64,000 nt of DNA, taken from the NCBI GenBank assembly GCA_040217195.1, contig JAVJNR010000007.1, forward strand, positions 1-64,000, written 5' to 3'. The notes below the pieces were generated by a model. That model made no database searches. It was not told the DNA's origin and saw only the letters and a list, made by a program, of their open reading frames with translations. The translations under genes were made by a program, and so were the position numbers. Numbering within the stretch: position 1 is the stretch's first letter; the number at the start of each line of letters is the position of its first letter. Source of the DNA: Leptospiraceae bacterium (lineage in GTDB: Bacteria; Spirochaetota; Leptospiria; Leptospirales; Leptonemataceae). This document shows positions 1-8,050 of the stretch, in pieces.

Positions 1-217
1 TACAACGTCAGTGCTACCGTTATGCGTGGATATGTAGAAATACGAGCCCATGATTGTTGCATCCGTGGAGCCGGAGGTCTATATCATGCTACGTAGTTAT
101 TGGATCAAGTTTAAATTATGGAAGATTTATTTGTAACGGAAGGTCAGTTCTGGCAGAACGTTGCATCTCTGCGGCTACTCAAAAAAGAGACAACCGAAGG
201 TTGTCCACCTATCTTTC

Positions 218-369
218 AACATCGAACCTGGCCTTTCAATTGAGCGCCCTGGGGCCCTCCTGAGTTAGCGACAGGAAGTCGCGCCCCCGCCGCTCGATCC
301 ACGGAAGGATCGCGTGGCGGGCAAGGGAGGGTCCCAGGGCGGAAAATGGTAAGCTGTCATGGAGATGTG
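218..369. repeat. Structured repeat, copy 1 of 5 (branched hairpin, attC-like geometry)
   Basis: Ends AACATCGAA...AAGCTGTCATGGAGATGTG; stem 245-260/326-341; hairpins GCGAC-AGGAA-GTCGC (268-282) and 286-321. Confidence 0.9.
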
Positions 370-371
370 CG

Positions 372-400
372 TTGACCATACGGGCCGCTATGGGTATTTT
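372..400 (+). promoter_or_regulatory. Putative sigma70 promoter for a leaderless vapBC transcript
   Basis: TTGACC-N17-TATTTT-N6-ATG(407); no Shine-Dalgarno before the ATG. Confidence 0.55.
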
Positions 401-406
401 TCCCAT

Positions 407-595
407 ATGAAGACTACGGTGGATATTGACGATGATCTGCTGCGGGAGGTGAGCAAAATCTATAAGTTCCGAACTAAACGGGAAACCATTGAAGCAGGCT
501 TGAGAGAACTGATCGCTGCACATAAGCGTAAGGCCCTGGCTGGAATGTTTGGCCAGCAGAAGAACATTCAAGCCGCCCCCCGTAGGCCTGCTTGA
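407..595 (+). CDS. vapB: VapB-family antitoxin
   Basis: MKTTVDIDDDLLRE...TKRETIEAGLRELI pattern; overlaps the downstream PIN gene. Start moved from 359 to ATG 407. Confidence 0.85.
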   Translation: MKTTVDIDDDLLREVSKIYKFRTKRETIEAGLRELIAAHKRKALAGMFGQQKNIQAAPRRPA

Positions 596-939
596 TACTG
601 GCGGACACCAGTATCTTTGTAGAATTCTTTCGGGGCAATCCCGGCGTTCAGAATCTGCAGGACGCCTTAGAGCAGGACGGAATCATCCTACATTCCCTGG
701 TTGAACTGGAGCTGGCACTCGGTGGTATTAAACCAGAAATTGCAGAACTCATGCAGGTGCTTCCCCGTTGCCAATCCATACCTGATTCAACGCTTCTGGA
801 GTTTATTGGGATCCGAAACCTTGCAGGAAAAGGAATCGGCTACGTAGACTGCCAGATTCTTGCAACCTGTCTGGCCCATGGCTATCAACTCTGGACTATG
901 GATAGAAAGCTGGATCGGCTCTGGAAGAGCATGGTATAG
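592..939 (+). CDS. vapC: PIN-domain VapC toxin
   Basis: MILADTSIFV, VELELALG, GIGYVDCQIL and LWTMDRKL PIN motifs; TTG start overlaps the vapB stop. Confidence 0.9.
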   Translation: MILADTSIFVEFFRGNPGVQNLQDALEQDGIILHSLVELELALGGIKPEIAELMQVLPRCQSIPDSTLLEFIGIRNLAGKGIGYVDCQILATCLAHGYQLWTMDRKLDRLWKSMV

Positions 940-986
940 TGAAAGCTTCTCGCTTCAAAAATTCGGAGGCTTCCCACCAACCCCGC

Positions 987-1137
987 CACATCGAAAATGG
1001 CCTTGCGAAAAGTGGCCTGGGGTCCGTCCGAGCAAGCGACAGGAAGTCGCGCTCCCGACGCTCATTCCAGGGACGGATTGCGCGTCGGGCGAAGGCGGAC
1101 CACAGGCCACAAATCGGAAAGCTGTCATGGAGATGTG
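987..1137. repeat. Structured repeat, copy 2
   Basis: CACATCGAA...AAGCTGTCATGGAGATGTG (1119-1137); same branched fold as copy 1. Confidence 0.9.
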
Positions 1138-1150
1138 CTTCTAACCCCGC

Positions 1151-1305
1151 CATATCGAACATGGCCTTACTTGCAGTGGGGCGGCGCCCTTTCCGAGCAC
1201 GGCAACACGAAGTTGCCGTCCGCGCGCTCGGTCCAGGGATGGACCGCGTGCGCGGCGAGGATGGGGTGCCGCCCCGTATCAAAAGTAAGCTGTCATGGAG
1301 ATGTG
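1151..1305. repeat. Structured repeat, copy 3
   Basis: CATATCGAA...AAGCTGTCATGGAGATGTG (1287-1305); 13-nt linker from copy 2. Confidence 0.9.
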
Positions 1306-1318
1306 CTTCCAACCCCGC

Positions 1319-1471
1319 CACATCGAACAGGGAAGCTTTGCAAATCCGGCGGGGGAGGTGCCTGAGCTAGCAACACGAAGTTGCGACTCGGCCACTCGAT
1401 CCAAGGATGGATCGCGTGGCCGACGAAGGCACCGCCCCCGCCGAACATCCCAAGGGTTTTGTGGAGATGTG
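1319..1471. repeat. Structured repeat, copy 4 (divergent outer stem)
   Basis: CACATCGAA...GGAGATGTG; stem 1347-1362/1428-1443; GCAAC-ACGAA-GTTGC hairpin. Confidence 0.85.
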
Positions 1472-1519
1472 GGACTTCTATTGAACCAGAGACAACCGAA
1501 GGTTGTCCACCTACCTTTC

Positions 1520-1722
1520 CACATCGAACCTGGCCTTACTTGTAGTGGCGGGGGCCTGTCCGAGAGCGGGACAGGCTCAACTGAAAGGCGAGAGTATTCC
1601 AAAAGGCAACCTGCAGTTGCCTTCCGATTCACCCGCGCTCCCAACGCTCGACCCAGGGAGGGGTCGCGCGTTGGGCGAGGACTGGCCCCCGCCACACATG
1701 AGTAAGCTGTCATGGAGATGTG
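1520..1722. repeat. Structured repeat, copy 5 (with ~50-nt internal expansion)
   Basis: CACATCGAA...AAGCTGTCATGGAGATGTG (1704-1722); abuts the tRNA 3' end. Confidence 0.9.
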
Positions 1723-1794
1723 GGCCCAGTGGGACTTGAACCCACGACCAATGGATTATGAGTCCACTGCTCTAACCAACTGAGCTACAGGCCC
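1721..1794 (-). tRNA. tRNA with CAT anticodon, most likely tRNA-Ile2 (lysidine type); CCA not encoded
   Basis: Minus strand reads GGGCCTGTAGCTCAGTTGGTTAGAGCAGTGGACTCATAATCCATTGGTCGTGGGTTCAAGTCCCACTGGGCCCA; full cloverleaf; G1-C72 paired, so not the initiator. Confidence 0.93.
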
Positions 1795-1962
1795 GATTTC
1801 TTACATCAGAAACCTGCCGGGCAGGCCTCTGTAACGCAAATGTTCTGTGGCCGGGCTACAAATCCAGTAGAAAACGCTTGAACCGGACCAAAAGGGATGG
1901 TGTCTAAGTATCCAAGAAGGGTTGCCCCTGCACAGACAGGGTCAGCCAGATAGGAGACAGAT

Positions 1963-2502
1963 ATGTCCTTGATTCAAATCATGCGGCGCTGGAAGACCAT
2001 AGATCGAAGCTACAGGGATGAGTGCTACAGACTGGTAGCTGTATCCCTGCTGGTGCTGGCTGTCGTGGCCGGTTGTTCTAGCGCCTCCGAGGTTTCCGGA
2101 GCGGAAGAGTTCGAAGGCTGGCGAGAAGAGGAAGGTTTCGATGTTTTTTACATCCGCCGATCCGGCCATGCATCGGAAAAGGCCATAGAGACCGAGAACA
2201 CAGCTATGCTGCAATCCACTTGTATGGAAGCAGCCAGACTCCAGGCCATGGACCTTATTATCCGTAAGATGGTTGGAGAAACTATAGAGGCCCAATCCGG
2301 AATGATCGATGGGCAGACTACAGGTCTGGCCGTAAACTCCATTCGAAATGGAATCATCAAAGGCGATGTGGTACAGAAGGAATGCGCCGACCGTGGCGAA
2401 GATAAAGACTGGGATACCTGCGAATGTGTTTTCTTCATAAAAGGCAAAGGCCTGCGCAAGAAAGTAGAACTGGAAGTCTCGAAAGTCGTTTCCGGTGGAT
2501 AA
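1963..2502 (+). CDS. LipL21-like lipoprotein
   Basis: Lipobox VAGC; FEGW, AMLQSTCMEAARLQ, KMVGETIE and WDTCEC match Leptospira LipL21 blocks as recalled. Confidence 0.8.
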   Translation: MSLIQIMRRWKTIDRSYRDECYRLVAVSLLVLAVVAGCSSASEVSGAEEFEGWREEEGFDVFYIRRSGHASEKAIETENTAMLQSTCMEAARLQAMDLIIRKMVGETIEAQSGMIDGQTTGLAVNSIRNGIIKGDVVQKECADRGEDKDWDTCECVFFIKGKGLRKKVELEVSKVVSGG

Positions 2503-3400
2503 TCCCCGATCCGTGTCTGAACAACCAAATTTAGAAACAGAACAGAGCCCGCATCCTCCCCCGGATGCGGGTGCCCTGCCCCGCCTGGCAGCGCCGGAAC
2601 TGCGCCCATTTATCAAGCACTATCGCCTTCAGGAAGTAGACATTGACACAAGAGAGCGATGGGCTCCGGCCTGGACCCAGACCTTCATACTTCTGAACTA
2701 CGGGGAGATCTACCATATGCAGGCTCTAAAAGGTCCCTTGATCCAGGGTTACCCGGCCATGCTGGCAGGAATTCGCACGGTACCCGCCATCGGAGCCAAA
2801 CCATTCATTCGAATGCGATCCCTGGCCATAGAACTTCAGCCTTTCGCAGCCTTCAGCTGGATCGGGGCACAGGTTTCACAAATCATTGACGGAAGCCTGG
2901 ATGCTGCCCCACTCATGCCCGGCGCCCAAAGTTTGATTGAGGAGATTTCTAATTTGCCGTTCGAGGCGAAGTGTAGTCGTCTGGACGAGTATTTTAGGCC
3001 GCTAATTAAAAACATTGATCTCTATGAACATAAGGCCCTCAGGAATGCTCTTAAAGTTCTGGAAGAACCCGCGGACCGACAATCCATCGAAGCGCGCATC
3101 GAAAGAGCTGGCCTGAGTAGTCGACATTTTCGCAGGCTATTCAAACAGGTTATGGGCGTTTCGCCCAAGCTATACTCTCGAATCTTGAGAATGGAACGGG
3201 TGCTTCAGGAATTCCACAGTAATCCGGATCTAAACTATCTGGAAAGAGTCCATGGTTTCTATGATCAGTCCCATTTTATTCGGGAATTCAAGCGATTTAC
3301 GAATGTGACTCCGAGGGCACTAATCAAAGCATTCAAAATGCAGGCCGTCCGCCAGGTACATTCGAATCTAGAGTCCGGACCCAATATCGAAGAGTTTTGA
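2495..3400 (+). CDS. AraC-family transcriptional regulator
   Basis: C-terminal GLSSRHFRRLFKQVMGVSPK and GFYDQSHFIREFKRFT HTH motifs. Confidence 0.9.
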   Translation: MDNPRSVSEQPNLETEQSPHPPPDAGALPRLAAPELRPFIKHYRLQEVDIDTRERWAPAWTQTFILLNYGEIYHMQALKGPLIQGYPAMLAGIRTVPAIGAKPFIRMRSLAIELQPFAAFSWIGAQVSQIIDGSLDAAPLMPGAQSLIEEISNLPFEAKCSRLDEYFRPLIKNIDLYEHKALRNALKVLEEPADRQSIEARIERAGLSSRHFRRLFKQVMGVSPKLYSRILRMERVLQEFHSNPDLNYLERVHGFYDQSHFIREFKRFTNVTPRALIKAFKMQAVRQVHSNLESGPNIEEF

Positions 3401-3514
3401 TTTCGCAATTCCGGGTCTCAAAAATTATTTGAAAGCTTCAGCGGTTTTTGAATCGATTCAACTGTTAGTTCTAGCATGCTGCCGGGTGCCCTGATCCGGG
3501 CATCGCCTTTGTTT

Positions 3515-4348
3515 TCAATTTCTTTTAAATAGTTCATCCCCCCTGGATTTCATAAACTGATACACTGCAGGAGCAGATGCTTTTGGAATTCCACCTCCAT
3601 GGGGATTGTCGTTTGAGTCCGGAACGATGTATTCTTCACCATCAATCCAATTGCTGGCCAGTGCGTAGGTAGAATGATCCAGATGCAATGAGCCAACAAC
3701 TTCCAGGTCTGAGTTGTACACTGTTATTCTGGTCTCTCCCGGATCAATCCAGACCGCAGGGACTGTACCCAGGCTAAGGAAGTGGAGCAGGTAGGTTACA
3801 ATAAAGATCATTCTACCACCAAAGGTTGGTCTGCGAAAGGTGGGCTCATGAAGACCAACTGCCAGATAGGGCCTGCCAAAGTCATTTAGGTATAGCTGAT
3901 CAGTATTCGCATCGTAGTGAAAGAGACGTGCAAAGTCCCCATAACCGCCAGATTCAAGATATTTTACAGCCTGATAGATACCACGAGGGCTTTGTAAGTC
4001 CTGTGCAGCAATAGCCTCTTCATTCATAGCTGGTCTCAGACCGTTGTGTAAAATCAGATTGGCCGCTTTTTGCAGATCCACAGGTGTTCTTCCTTCAACA
4101 GACAGATCTCCTACATGATGCCCGCTGTACTCCTCTCTAAATTGAGCATTCCCGGCGCAATACAATCGATACATCAGTCCGGATTTCTCCACACGGTAGT
4201 TATAAAACCCCGCGAAGACTACATCTCTTTGCGAAATGCTTTCCTTTGAGCGAGCATGATCGATTCCCACCGAAGGCTCCACATAATGCGTCCTGCAGAA
4301 GGAACAGAACAGAACGATCAGAACTGAGGGAAAAAGATAGCGAACCAT
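3515..4348 (-). CDS. Putative lipoprotein, family A copy 1
   Basis: Signal peptide ending in Cys; clear paralog of 5599..6435. Confidence 0.75.
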   Translation of the reverse strand: MVRYLFPSVLIVLFCSFCRTHYVEPSVGIDHARSKESISQRDVVFAGFYNYRVEKSGLMYRLYCAGNAQFREEYSGHHVGDLSVEGRTPVDLQKAANLILHNGLRPAMNEEAIAAQDLQSPRGIYQAVKYLESGGYGDFARLFHYDANTDQLYLNDFGRPYLAVGLHEPTFRRPTFGGRMIFIVTYLLHFLSLGTVPAVWIDPGETRITVYNSDLEVVGSLHLDHSTYALASNWIDGEEYIVPDSNDNPHGGGIPKASAPAVYQFMKSRGDELFKRN

Positions 4349-4472
4349 AAAACAATACCTAACCGACTCTATATTTAGGTCAATATTTATCTTTCTGTTT
4401 CTATATTAATATAGACAACCCTGGATGGGCCGCTTCAATATCTGATTCACTGATTCGAGCTTCACTTGACGA

Positions 4473-5489
4473 TTGGCTTGCAGCGGTGCAAATAGCATTG
4501 TGCATAAAATACCAATCCTTCTATTAATTCCTGTTCTACATTGTCTGGTTCTTTATGAAACCCGGACGCCGCCGAGCCAACTAGAGAAAAGAAGCGTATA
4601 CTTGAACGAGATCCAGATTAGGGAGCTTTCCAAAAGGGAGCCCATTTCTCATGATTCTCAGTCCCCAATATGGATGAATGTGGAGATAGTGGACGTTTCC
4701 CGAGCCAGTGGCTTCTCCATTGCAAGTTGCATTATCTCCGGTATGACTTTTACGATCCTGCCCTGCTTTGCGGAAGACAAATTGATAGTGCAATATGAAC
4801 TTCGGGTACCTGGCACAAGTATTCACGAATCCTTCGAAATGGAAGTAGAACAGGATACCTATTTGTGGATGCCATTTATGTTTGCAGACCCTGGAATGGA
4901 GTTGAAACAGGGCAGACCCTGGCAGTCCGCAACTCGGGCCGGAAATGCTGAATTGGTAGCTGCCGTGGATCGGGTAAACAGACAGATTGTAAGAAATCAG
5001 AATCAAATCGATTCAGTGACAGATAATAATGAGAAATATCCGGTACTTGTTCTGGGTGCATCGTATTACAATGTCAGCAAATTTGGATTGAATACTCTCT
5101 TCCTGAGTCTAAAGAATAATTCAGACAAAACGATCAAGAGATTGATTCTGGATATGAGCCCCATATCGGGTCGGGATCCAGAGCCAGCCGTAGAAGATAG
5201 CAGAACCAAATCGATTTCTGCTGGAATGAGCTTCAGTCAGGATATACCGGCGATCCATTATTCGGGGCCGCTTGCACCGGGCGAAAGCACGGAGGTCCTG
5301 GAGTTCAAGAGTCATTACGTTGGCAGTCATTTTCCGAACGCAAGATTGAACAAAATCACGATCCATTATAGCGATGGAGAAAGTCTATCTCTGGAAGGTT
5401 CAGCGGCGGCCCGGCTGGTGTTTGAATCCCCGCTTCCTCCGTCTCTGGTAGTGGAAGACGAAGAGAGCTTTTACCACTTACGATTCTAA
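4473..5489 (+). CDS. Putative lipoprotein, family B copy 1 (start possibly GTG 4500)
   Basis: Signal peptide ending LHC; paralog of 6590..7573 (PISHD, PIWM, VPGT, YP blocks). Confidence 0.75.
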   Translation: MACSGANSIVHKIPILLLIPVLHCLVLYETRTPPSQLEKRSVYLNEIQIRELSKREPISHDSQSPIWMNVEIVDVSRASGFSIASCIISGMTFTILPCFAEDKLIVQYELRVPGTSIHESFEMEVEQDTYLWMPFMFADPGMELKQGRPWQSATRAGNAELVAAVDRVNRQIVRNQNQIDSVTDNNEKYPVLVLGASYYNVSKFGLNTLFLSLKNNSDKTIKRLILDMSPISGRDPEPAVEDSRTKSISAGMSFSQDIPAIHYSGPLAPGESTEVLEFKSHYVGSHFPNARLNKITIHYSDGESLSLEGSAAARLVFESPLPPSLVVEDEESFYHLRF

Positions 5490-5598
5490 AATGCTAAGTT
5501 ATGCACCGGGAACGGATTTCCTAATTGATTTTGAACCTGGGCATTGCAATAACTGGCTTCATCAGTGCAAAGCGCGAAATCCGAATGAGGGTGGACCG

Positions 5599-6435
5599 CT
5601 ATTTTGAGAATAATCCGGAGCCCTCGGAGTTCATAAAATCATACATCCCCTGAGCAGAGCGTTCATGAATACCTCCTGCATGGGGATTGCCACCTCCTGG
5701 TGGCATTACGAAGCCTTCCTCACTATCGACCCACACCGCGCTGAGCGCATACGTGCCGTGCTCATACCGAGTGCTTGCAACCACATCCAGGTTCCTGTCA
5801 TATACGATGATGAAGGTTTCAGCAGGCTCTTTCCATACTGCCGGAACAAGTCCCAGGGTTAGTATGCTAATATAGCCTGTCATCAAACCGGAAAACCCCC
5901 AGCCAAAGGATACTTTCCTGAAAGTAGGCTGATGGCGACCCACCGCAAGAAAAGGTCGACCAAAATCGTTCAGGTACAATTGATCCTCCTGTCCATCGTA
6001 TTCGAATAAGAGGGCGAAATCTTCATAGGAACCGGATTTGAGGGTTTGGATGGCCTGATACACTCCACGAGCCGATTTTAGATCCAATCGAGCAATGGCT
6101 TGCGGACTCATGGCGGGCCTGAGCCCGGAAGCAAGAACTAACCGGGCTACTTTTTCTGTTTCTACAGGAATCCTCCGCTGCACAGGTAGCCTGGAAACAT
6201 GGTCTTCCGGGAATTTGCGAACAAACTGGTCATTTCCGGTGGAGTATAGTCGGAAAAAGCTACCATCTAGATAGATATCATAGTTATAGAATCCAGCATA
6301 TGCAATATCTGATTCTTCTATCGGTTCCTTCAAAAAGAGAGTTTCTTGGTCAACTCCTGGCTCTAAATACGTCGTCGCACAACCCAGCACACAAAAAAGA
6401 AGAACAGCCCACACACCCTTTCCAGAAAAACCCAT
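5599..6435 (-). CDS. Putative lipoprotein, family A copy 2
   Basis: Lipobox VLGC; shares AGFYNY, GLRPAM, DQLYLNDFGRP and NPH.GGI with copy 1. Start set to ATG 6435. Confidence 0.75.
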   Translation of the reverse strand: MGFSGKGVWAVLLFCVLGCATTYLEPGVDQETLFLKEPIEESDIAYAGFYNYDIYLDGSFFRLYSTGNDQFVRKFPEDHVSRLPVQRRIPVETEKVARLVLASGLRPAMSPQAIARLDLKSARGVYQAIQTLKSGSYEDFALLFEYDGQEDQLYLNDFGRPFLAVGRHQPTFRKVSFGWGFSGLMTGYISILTLGLVPAVWKEPAETFIIVYDRNLDVVASTRYEHGTYALSAVWVDSEEGFVMPPGGGNPHAGGIHERSAQGMYDFMNSEGSGLFSK

Positions 6436-6589
6436 GATGCAGTTGAACCGATTCGCAGGATATGTCAATGCTTTCTATTCTCTTTAATAGCCTCGTTATA
6501 TATATTCTCTCTTTTCTTCTATCTATTTTCTATTCATTTGGTCTGGATTATTCCGTTGACTCCTCCTCTACTTCTCCCTGTGATAGAAA

Positions 6590-7573
6590 ATGCGCCTTGC
6601 GATACTTCTGCTACCACTACTAATGAGCTGCTATGTTTCCTATGATATCAAAGAGCCTCCCGAACAACCGAAGCAGCGTATGGTTTATATGAATCAGGTG
6701 GATATACGGCCTCTTTCTGAAGACCAGCCTATATCGCATGATGAGAACGCACCAATATGGATGAAAGTTGGAGTCCGCGTACTTCCTTCGAAAACCAGTG
6801 AGATTGGGATGACCTGCATCTTTTCTGGATTAACCTTTGGAGCTCTGCCCTGTATTTTCTATAATCCGATGCATCTAACATTCAACTTTGAAGTTCCGGG
6901 CACTACTATCCATGAAACAAAAAAATGGACTGTGCAGAGATCGCAATATGTCTGGTTACCGCTTCTACTTGCAGGTCAGGTAGATGACCTGGAGCCCGGC
7001 CATGCATGGCTTCCCGTTGCTCGAAGCAAAAATCCGGAACTGGCGAAGACTATTGATGCGATTAATGATCAGCTGCTTGCAAGACAGGAAGAAGCCAACC
7101 GGGCCATGAATGATCCTGAAACCTATCCGATCATAGTTCTCGGAACTCATTACAAGCGTTCAAAAGTTATTCCAAAGCATCATCTGCTCTTTTCATTGCG
7201 CAACAACACAGACCGTACAATCAGCCAGATCGACATCCAATTCTACCCGGCACGCTGGGACGAGCGCAAGGTCATTAAACCCAGACGTAGTTCGAGGTTA
7301 GACGTCATGGTTGCCACCGGAGTTGGCCATTATGTGTTTCCGGTAGAGTGTAAAGGGCCCATTGAGCCAGGCGTCAGGACTTTGTTCGAAATTCCGGATC
7401 ATTATGCGGGTGCGCCAGGCAAAAGGGCTCATATATGGAAGACTAGAATAGTTTACGCAGATGGCGAAGTGCTCACTTTGAACAAAGAAGAGTCTATGCG
7501 ACTTCTATTCGAGGCGCCAATTCCACCAGCCCGGGTCCTAAATAATGAGCGAGCTTATCGCAATGTTATTTGA
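6590..7573 (+). CDS. Putative lipoprotein, family B copy 2
   Basis: Lipobox LMSC; paralog of 4473..5489. Confidence 0.75.
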   Translation: MRLAILLLPLLMSCYVSYDIKEPPEQPKQRMVYMNQVDIRPLSEDQPISHDENAPIWMKVGVRVLPSKTSEIGMTCIFSGLTFGALPCIFYNPMHLTFNFEVPGTTIHETKKWTVQRSQYVWLPLLLAGQVDDLEPGHAWLPVARSKNPELAKTIDAINDQLLARQEEANRAMNDPETYPIIVLGTHYKRSKVIPKHHLLFSLRNNTDRTISQIDIQFYPARWDERKVIKPRRSSRLDVMVATGVGHYVFPVECKGPIEPGVRTLFEIPDHYAGAPGKRAHIWKTRIVYADGEVLTLNKEESMRLLFEAPIPPARVLNNERAYRNVI

Positions 7574-7810
7574 GAGTCTATCCCGAGATCCGGCCGGACT
7601 GTCAGGTACAGCGACTGCTGCGCCCTGGAATCGCCTAATTGCAGTTCCGCTATCTGATAGTTTTCTCTAGGCCCCGCATGCCAGCGCTCCTGGCTACGAA
7701 AGGATTCCTGCCCGGGTGAACATCGCTGACCCGAGGAATAGACCCAATGCCTGCCGATCAAGGGGCAGAGCATGGTCCTGCAGACTCAGGATGCGAATCG
7801 AATCACATCC

Positions 7811-8050
7811 CTATCGCACGACAATAGATGTGGGATTGGTAAATGACAGTCCAGCTGATCCATTGTACTCAGTCTGATTCGCGCCAGACATATCATCGAA
7901 TCTATAAATTAGATCATTCGTTTCATCAGTAACATAAATTCGATTCATGGAGTCTACCCAGATCCCCCGGGGAAATGCGAATGCAGTACCGGAGCTGCCA
8001 TCGTATGTGACTGTATTGGAACCAGTCATATCGTCAAATCTGTGCACCAA
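7811..8050 (-). pseudogene. NHL-repeat protein C-terminal fragment
   Basis: FPRGIWVDSMNRIYVTD NHL motif and a repeated RFDDM.G.N unit; only ~79 aa with no credible start. Confidence 0.6.

Noticed and set aside
1..180. Possible gene end or canonical attC half-site (GTTATGC at 19-25)
   Set aside because: Cut by the window edge with no visible partner box. Upstream sequence is needed, and it would also show whether the array continues.
1469..1487. GTGGGACTT...TTGAACC as an attL/attR remnant of the tRNA T-arm
   Set aside because: The match is short and interrupted, partly overlaps the repeat end, and could be chance.
987..1722. CRISPR array interpretation of the 19-bp repeat with a ~165-bp period
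   Set aside because: The intervening sequences are ~145 nt, homologous to each other and self-complementary. No cas genes are in the window.
218..1722. Bacterial Y RNA (YrlA) or SRP RNA identity
   Set aside because: ATCGAA loosely resembles the Ro-binding motif, but there is no tRNA-like T/D loop on the folding strand, no SRP domain IV motif and no Ro60 gene here. Not formally excluded without cmscan.
860..1739. Many overlapping ORFs across the repeat array
   Set aside because: They arise in several frames from GC-rich palindromic repeats and show no recognisable domains.
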